This document shows positions 7,507 through 11,107 of a stretch of DNA of 11,107 nucleotides, piece by piece. Made by a program: the position numbers and the translations under genes. Numbering within the stretch: position 1 is the first letter of the stretch; every line of letters begins with the position of its first letter. Source of the DNA: Candidatus Bathyarchaeia archaeon (GTDB taxonomy: Archaea; Thermoproteota; Bathyarchaeia; 40CM-2-53-6); the NCBI GenBank assembly GCA_049517415.1, contig JBEKSC010000046.1:1-11107 (forward strand). Direction: 5' to 3'. Below the pieces are notes generated by a model. The model did not search any database and was not told where the DNA came from. It saw nothing but the letters and a program-made list of their open reading frames with translations.

Positions 7507-9782
7507 AGCATCAAGGCTGGATCCTTGACCTCTACCCTAATGCTGGCCAAATGGTGGTCTGGCTCAAGCAGCCCGACGGATCATGTGTTAGGCTAGTTGA
7601 CAGGTGGAAACCACGAATCCACATTGGCGGGGAGCTTGACGACCTTCTAAACCTTCAACCATTCATACCATCAGGCACATTCGTCGAGAAATTTGAGAGG
7701 GCAGGCGATAAGTCTGAGAGTAAAGTTCTCGAAGTTGAAGTAAACGACGAACCAGAAGCCCAAGCTCTGGGACGAAAAATCCTCCGGCATGGTGGATACT
7801 CGACGTTTAGGCTCTACGACGTGGATGTCCCATCAACTCAAATGTACCTCTATCACAACGACTTGTTCCCTCTAGCGTTCGTCGAGGCCGACGCCTCTCA
7901 TGGCCGCGTTAAGTGGGCTGTCAATGATTCACGTGAAACAATCGACTACGAACTACCAGCGCTTCGAAACCTACGGCTAGAAATTAGCACCAAGAAGACT
8001 CGTAGAGTCTCACGATTTGAAGACGAATTAGGCTCCATTAAAATCCAAACCAACGGGGACACCATGATTTTCGATTCAGGCAGTGAACTCGACAAACTTG
8101 ACAAACTCGTCACAGCATTCCGCGAAATTGACCCAGACGTAGTCTTGACGGAAGGCGGAGACTCCTTCATCTTTCCCTACTTGGCTAGACGTGCTCACCA
8201 CCACCATATACTCCACAGAATGGTTCTCGGAAGGGAGGAGTCGCCGCTTCGTGTTTATGAGGTGCAAGGCCACAGTTACTTCTCGTACGGGAAGATGCTC
8301 TTCAAGCAAACCGCCGCAAGACTGCTGGGCCGGTTGCATGTGGACGAGGCGAATGGTTTCATCAGCAGCGACTGCGGCCTCGAAGGCCTTTTCGAAGTAG
8401 CCCGAACCTGCATAATCCCATTGCAGAGGGCCTCGCGAACGACGATTGGCACTAGTATGACGTCCCTTCAACTCTACCACGCCGTCAAAGCCAACGTGCT
8501 AATCCCCTGGAACAAGAACGAGCCCGAGGAGTGGAAGAACGGAAACGAGCTCATACTAGCGGACCGCGGCGGCTTCATTTACGAACCAAAATTCGGACTA
8601 CACGACTCCGTTGGGGAACTCGACTTCTCCTCCCTATACCCAACCATAATGCGCAACATGAACCTGAGCGGGGAAACCGTACGTTGCAACTGCTGTCCAG
8701 ACTCCGTTCATAGAGTACCAGAGCTGGGGTGGAATGTTTGTGAACGATGGAACGGCATAGTGCCCAGATCGCTCGACATATTACTCCGGAAACGTGCGCT
8801 TTACAAGAAGTACAAGAAAGAAGCTACGGACCCACCTACGAGGTTGCGGTATGATCAACGCCAAGCCGCGCTCAAATGGATCCTAGTCTGCTCATAGCCG
8901 CCTCGAAAGCGGCGGGCAATTGGATACCTAGGCTTCAAGAACGCGCGGTTTGGGAGAATCGACGCGCACATCGCAACCTGCGCTTACTCCCGGCAGATTC
9001 TACGAAAAGCGGTTGCAATCGCGGAATCCAAGCGCTTCCAACTCATACACGGCATCGTGGATTCGATGTGGCTCCGGGAACCTAACGCAACCCCAAGCGA
9101 GTATGAGGAACTATGCCGCACGATAGAGGAGCAGCTACGCTTCCCGATAGCGTTCGAAGGATGCTACAAGTGGATTGTGTTCCTGAACTCGCGAATAAAT
9201 CCGCGAATTCCTGTCCTCAACCGTTACTACGGAATCTTTCAAGACGGGAAACTCAAAGTCAGAGGAATCGACCTCCGCCGCCACGACACTGCCGGCATAG
9301 TCAGGCGATGCCAAACGGACGTGCTGACCACACTCTCGAAGGCTGATAACTCAGAGGAATTCATGACGCTCATACCTGAAGCGCTGACGGTAGTAAGGTC
9401 ATACGTTCACCTAATCAGAAGCGGAGCTATCCCAGTCGAGGAACTCGTTATCGAGAAACGCCTCAGCAAGAATCCCAACGAATACAGAAATCTGGTTCCA
9501 CAAGCCATCGCGGCTAAACACCTTGCTGCGGAAGGCATGGAGGTACACGCCGGGCAAACAATCAACTACATCTTAACCTACGACAAGTCTAGGATAAACC
9601 AGAACAGAGCTCTCCCAACTGAGCTGATGGATGAAGGATCCGACTTCGACTCGGAGAGGTATGTCGATCTACTACTTTCCTCAGTTGTCAACCTTCTACT
9701 ACCCTTTGGATATGATCTAGCAGCGTTGAAAGACCCTGACAGGCAAATCAGCAAAGCACCAGGTTTAGGTTCGCCTAGGTAA
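7503..9782 (+). CDS. polB2: Family B DNA polymerase, PolB2 group, split by a 24-nt intron: join(7503..8895, 8920..9782), 751 aa
   Basis: ORFs 7503..8897 and 9057..9782 are in the same frame with a single TAG between them. Motif A is ELDFSSLYP; motif B is restored to KWILVCSFGYLG after removing 8896-8919; motif C is the PolB2-type HGIVDS. NRYYG and KVRGIDLRRHD are present; exonuclease acidic residues are degenerate. Confidence 0.9.
8896..8919 (+). other. Putative 24-nt BHB mRNA intron, AGCCGCCUCGAAAGCGGCGGGCAA
   Basis: Central helix GCUC/GGGC (4 bp), bulges AU^A and AA^U, intron stem GCCGC/GCGGC (5 bp) with 7-nt loop; exon-side stem imperfect (CCUAG 8882-8886 / CUAGG 8928-8932 further out). 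Cuts after the 2nd bulge base join T8895 to TT8920-8921 = Phe. Unspliced it creates TAG at 8895-8897. Confidence 0.85.
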
Positions 9783-10407
9783 CAATTTGCCCCACAATTT
9801 CCTTGTGTTGTGTTTCATCAATCGTCCCAAGAGCAACAAGCTTATCGGCAATTTGCCGCATCGTCGTGAAAGTGTGAAGCTTCACCCCGGCCTTTCGAAG
9901 GTTCTCCTTAGCACCTTGCTGTCGATCAAGGAGTACAACGGCGTCCTCGACGACTCCCCCTTCGCCACGGATTGCTTCAACCGCCTCTATGATGTTCTTC
10001 CCGGTCGTTGCGACATCATCTAATACCAAGACCTTGTCGCCTGGTAGCAGGAGGCCCTCAATTCGACGCTCACGGCCATGTTCCTTCGTTTCCTTTCGGA
10101 CATAAAGAAACGGTTTTGAGAGGTTGAATGCTAACACAGCTGCGTAGACTATACCGGCAGTTGGTATACCTGCCAAACGTTGAATCCTCTTCGCTAGGCC
10201 AGGTTCCACGACGGCCCGGTAGAAATTAATCGCCCTGTGAAACGCCTCGGGGTCGCCTGGAAGAAGACGCAGGTCAACATAATACGAACTCAGTATGCCG
10301 CTTGCAAGCTTGAATGTTCCGAATTTGAGGCTTCCAGTTCTCAACAGAATCTCGGTAAAATCATCCTCACCCAGACTTTCGCGCACAGCAGGTACCCCTT
10401 CCTTCAT
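9775..10407 (-). CDS. pyrE: Orotate phosphoribosyltransferase
   Basis: KFGTFKLASGILSSYYVDLR, YVRKETKEHG, and PRPP-binding loop VLVLDDVATTG. Confidence 0.95.
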   Translation of the reverse strand: MKEGVPAVRESLGEDDFTEILLRTGSLKFGTFKLASGILSSYYVDLRLLPGDPEAFHRAINFYRAVVEPGLAKRIQRLAGIPTAGIVYAAVLAFNLSKPFLYVRKETKEHGRERRIEGLLLPGDKVLVLDDVATTGKNIIEAVEAIRGEGGVVEDAVVLLDRQQGAKENLRKAGVKLHTFTTMRQIADKLVALGTIDETQHKEIVGQIVT

Positions 10408-10555
10408 AGAATCGCCTCAGCGTTTATTCTTTTGCAGAACACTATCCAATGACGCTGTCCGAACAACGAATTTCGCTCGCCCCATGTAAATGAAACTTTA
10501 ACCAGCACAAGAGCAATCGGTAACGAAGTGAACTGCAGGAAGGCGCTTTCGGCTC

Positions 10556-11107
10556 TTGGTCGAGGTTTGGCTCCCATATGGAACATCCGAGATCCCCGTA
10601 CGCGTACCCGAAGAGAGACTAATCAACATCTTCAGAACACAGAACCCCAACAAACCATTGGACACCCTAACTGAGGCGAGAAAGCTAATCGAATCTAACG
10701 AACACTTCCAAACAATCGCAAAAGAGGCTAAACAACCATGCATTGCCCTCGGGCACTGCGGCAACGGACCGCTAGCAACAGATCTGATCAAGGTCCTTCT
10801 GGAGAACCTGGGAGCCCAGAGGCCCGCGATTACAATATTGCGCACGCAAAGTGCGGTTGAACTCAACCCAGGGACACTTTCTGAAACCACAGTTTCTGAT
10901 CATAACCCAAAACTGTCGCCTACCCTTCCAATTGAGGATTTCAGCGGCAAGTTTTCACCGCAGCTGAATGCAGACTTCTTCAAAGCTGACCTCCGGCTCG
11001 TAGTAGGAGAACTGAAACCCAGCCACTTTCTCCAATACACCGGAATATGCGACATAGTTTTCCCAGGCCTGGCCTCCGAGAGCTCTGTTCGCAGTCATCT
11101 CACGAAC
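10556..11107 (+). CDS. Lactate racemase (LarA) N-terminal domain-like protein, degenerate, 3'-truncated by the window
   Basis: Not in the ORF track. TTG at 10556 opens a frame with no stop to the window end: MVEVWLPYGTSEIPVRVPEE...LNADFFKADLRLVVGELKPSHFLQYTGICDIVFPGLAS, resembling the LarA-family patterns LPYG, N-x4-AD-x4-G and PG-x-A. Confidence 0.7.
   Translation, partial: MVEVWLPYGTSEIPVRVPEERLINIFRTQNPNKPLDTLTEARKLIESNEHFQTIAKEAKQPCIALGHCGNGPLATDLIKVLLENLGAQRPAITILRTQSAVELNPGTLSETTVSDHNPKLSPTLPIEDFSGKFSPQLNADFFKADLRLVVGELKPSHFLQYTGICDIVFPGLASESSVRSHLTN

Noticed and set aside
8196..8207. CAC CAC CAC CAT (His4) microrepeat in polB2
   Set aside because: Too short and in frame; no evidence for phase variation.
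8895..8897. TAG as pyrrolysine or amber readthrough with a downstream hairpin
   Set aside because: Readthrough would leave an 8-residue insert and lose the conserved Phe within motif B. BHB excision restores the consensus exactly, and the same mechanism explains the frameshifting 17-nt insert.
7503..9782. Naturally split two-subunit PolB or pseudogene
   Set aside because: The 8920-9056 segment encodes conserved sequence (GYLGFKNARFGRID...HGI) that would be untranslated with a 9057 start, and there are no other lesions.
10498..10890. 130-aa minus-strand ORF and the other short antisense or alternate-frame ORFs in the track
   Set aside because: They are shadows of better-supported genes (here the LarA-like frame) and have no family motifs.
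1..11107. CRISPR arrays, tRNA/rRNA genes, IS elements, cobalamin riboswitch
   Set aside because: No repeat-spacer periodicity, cloverleaf, transposase or B12-box was recognised; intergenic regions are short.

Overview
Archaeal genomic window; the gene content suggests a TACK lineage such as Bathyarchaeia (inference). It contains the 3' end of a thiolase plus its Zn-ribbon/OB-fold (DUF35) partner; a B12-dependent acyl-CoA mutase cluster (one cobalamin-binding small subunit, two divergently transcribed large subunits with isobutyryl-CoA-type and methylmalonyl-CoA-type specificity residues, and the MeaB GTPase); a three-gene PolB2 cassette (inactive RadA-like protein, small helical protein, PolB2); pyrE; and the 5' part of a degenerate LarA-like gene. 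Main result: two unrelated protein-coding genes that look broken are each interrupted inside their most conserved motif by a tiny insertion (17 nt at 1676-1692 on the minus strand; 24 nt at 8896-8919 on the plus strand). Each insertion folds into a bulge-helix-bulge (BHB) motif, and removal at the canonical archaeal splicing-endonuclease cut positions exactly restores the motif (GL-D-GHDRG; KWILVCS-F-GYLG). This points to BHB micro-introns in mRNAs other than cbf5, possibly a genome-wide mRNA splicing system. Splicing is inferred from DNA only.
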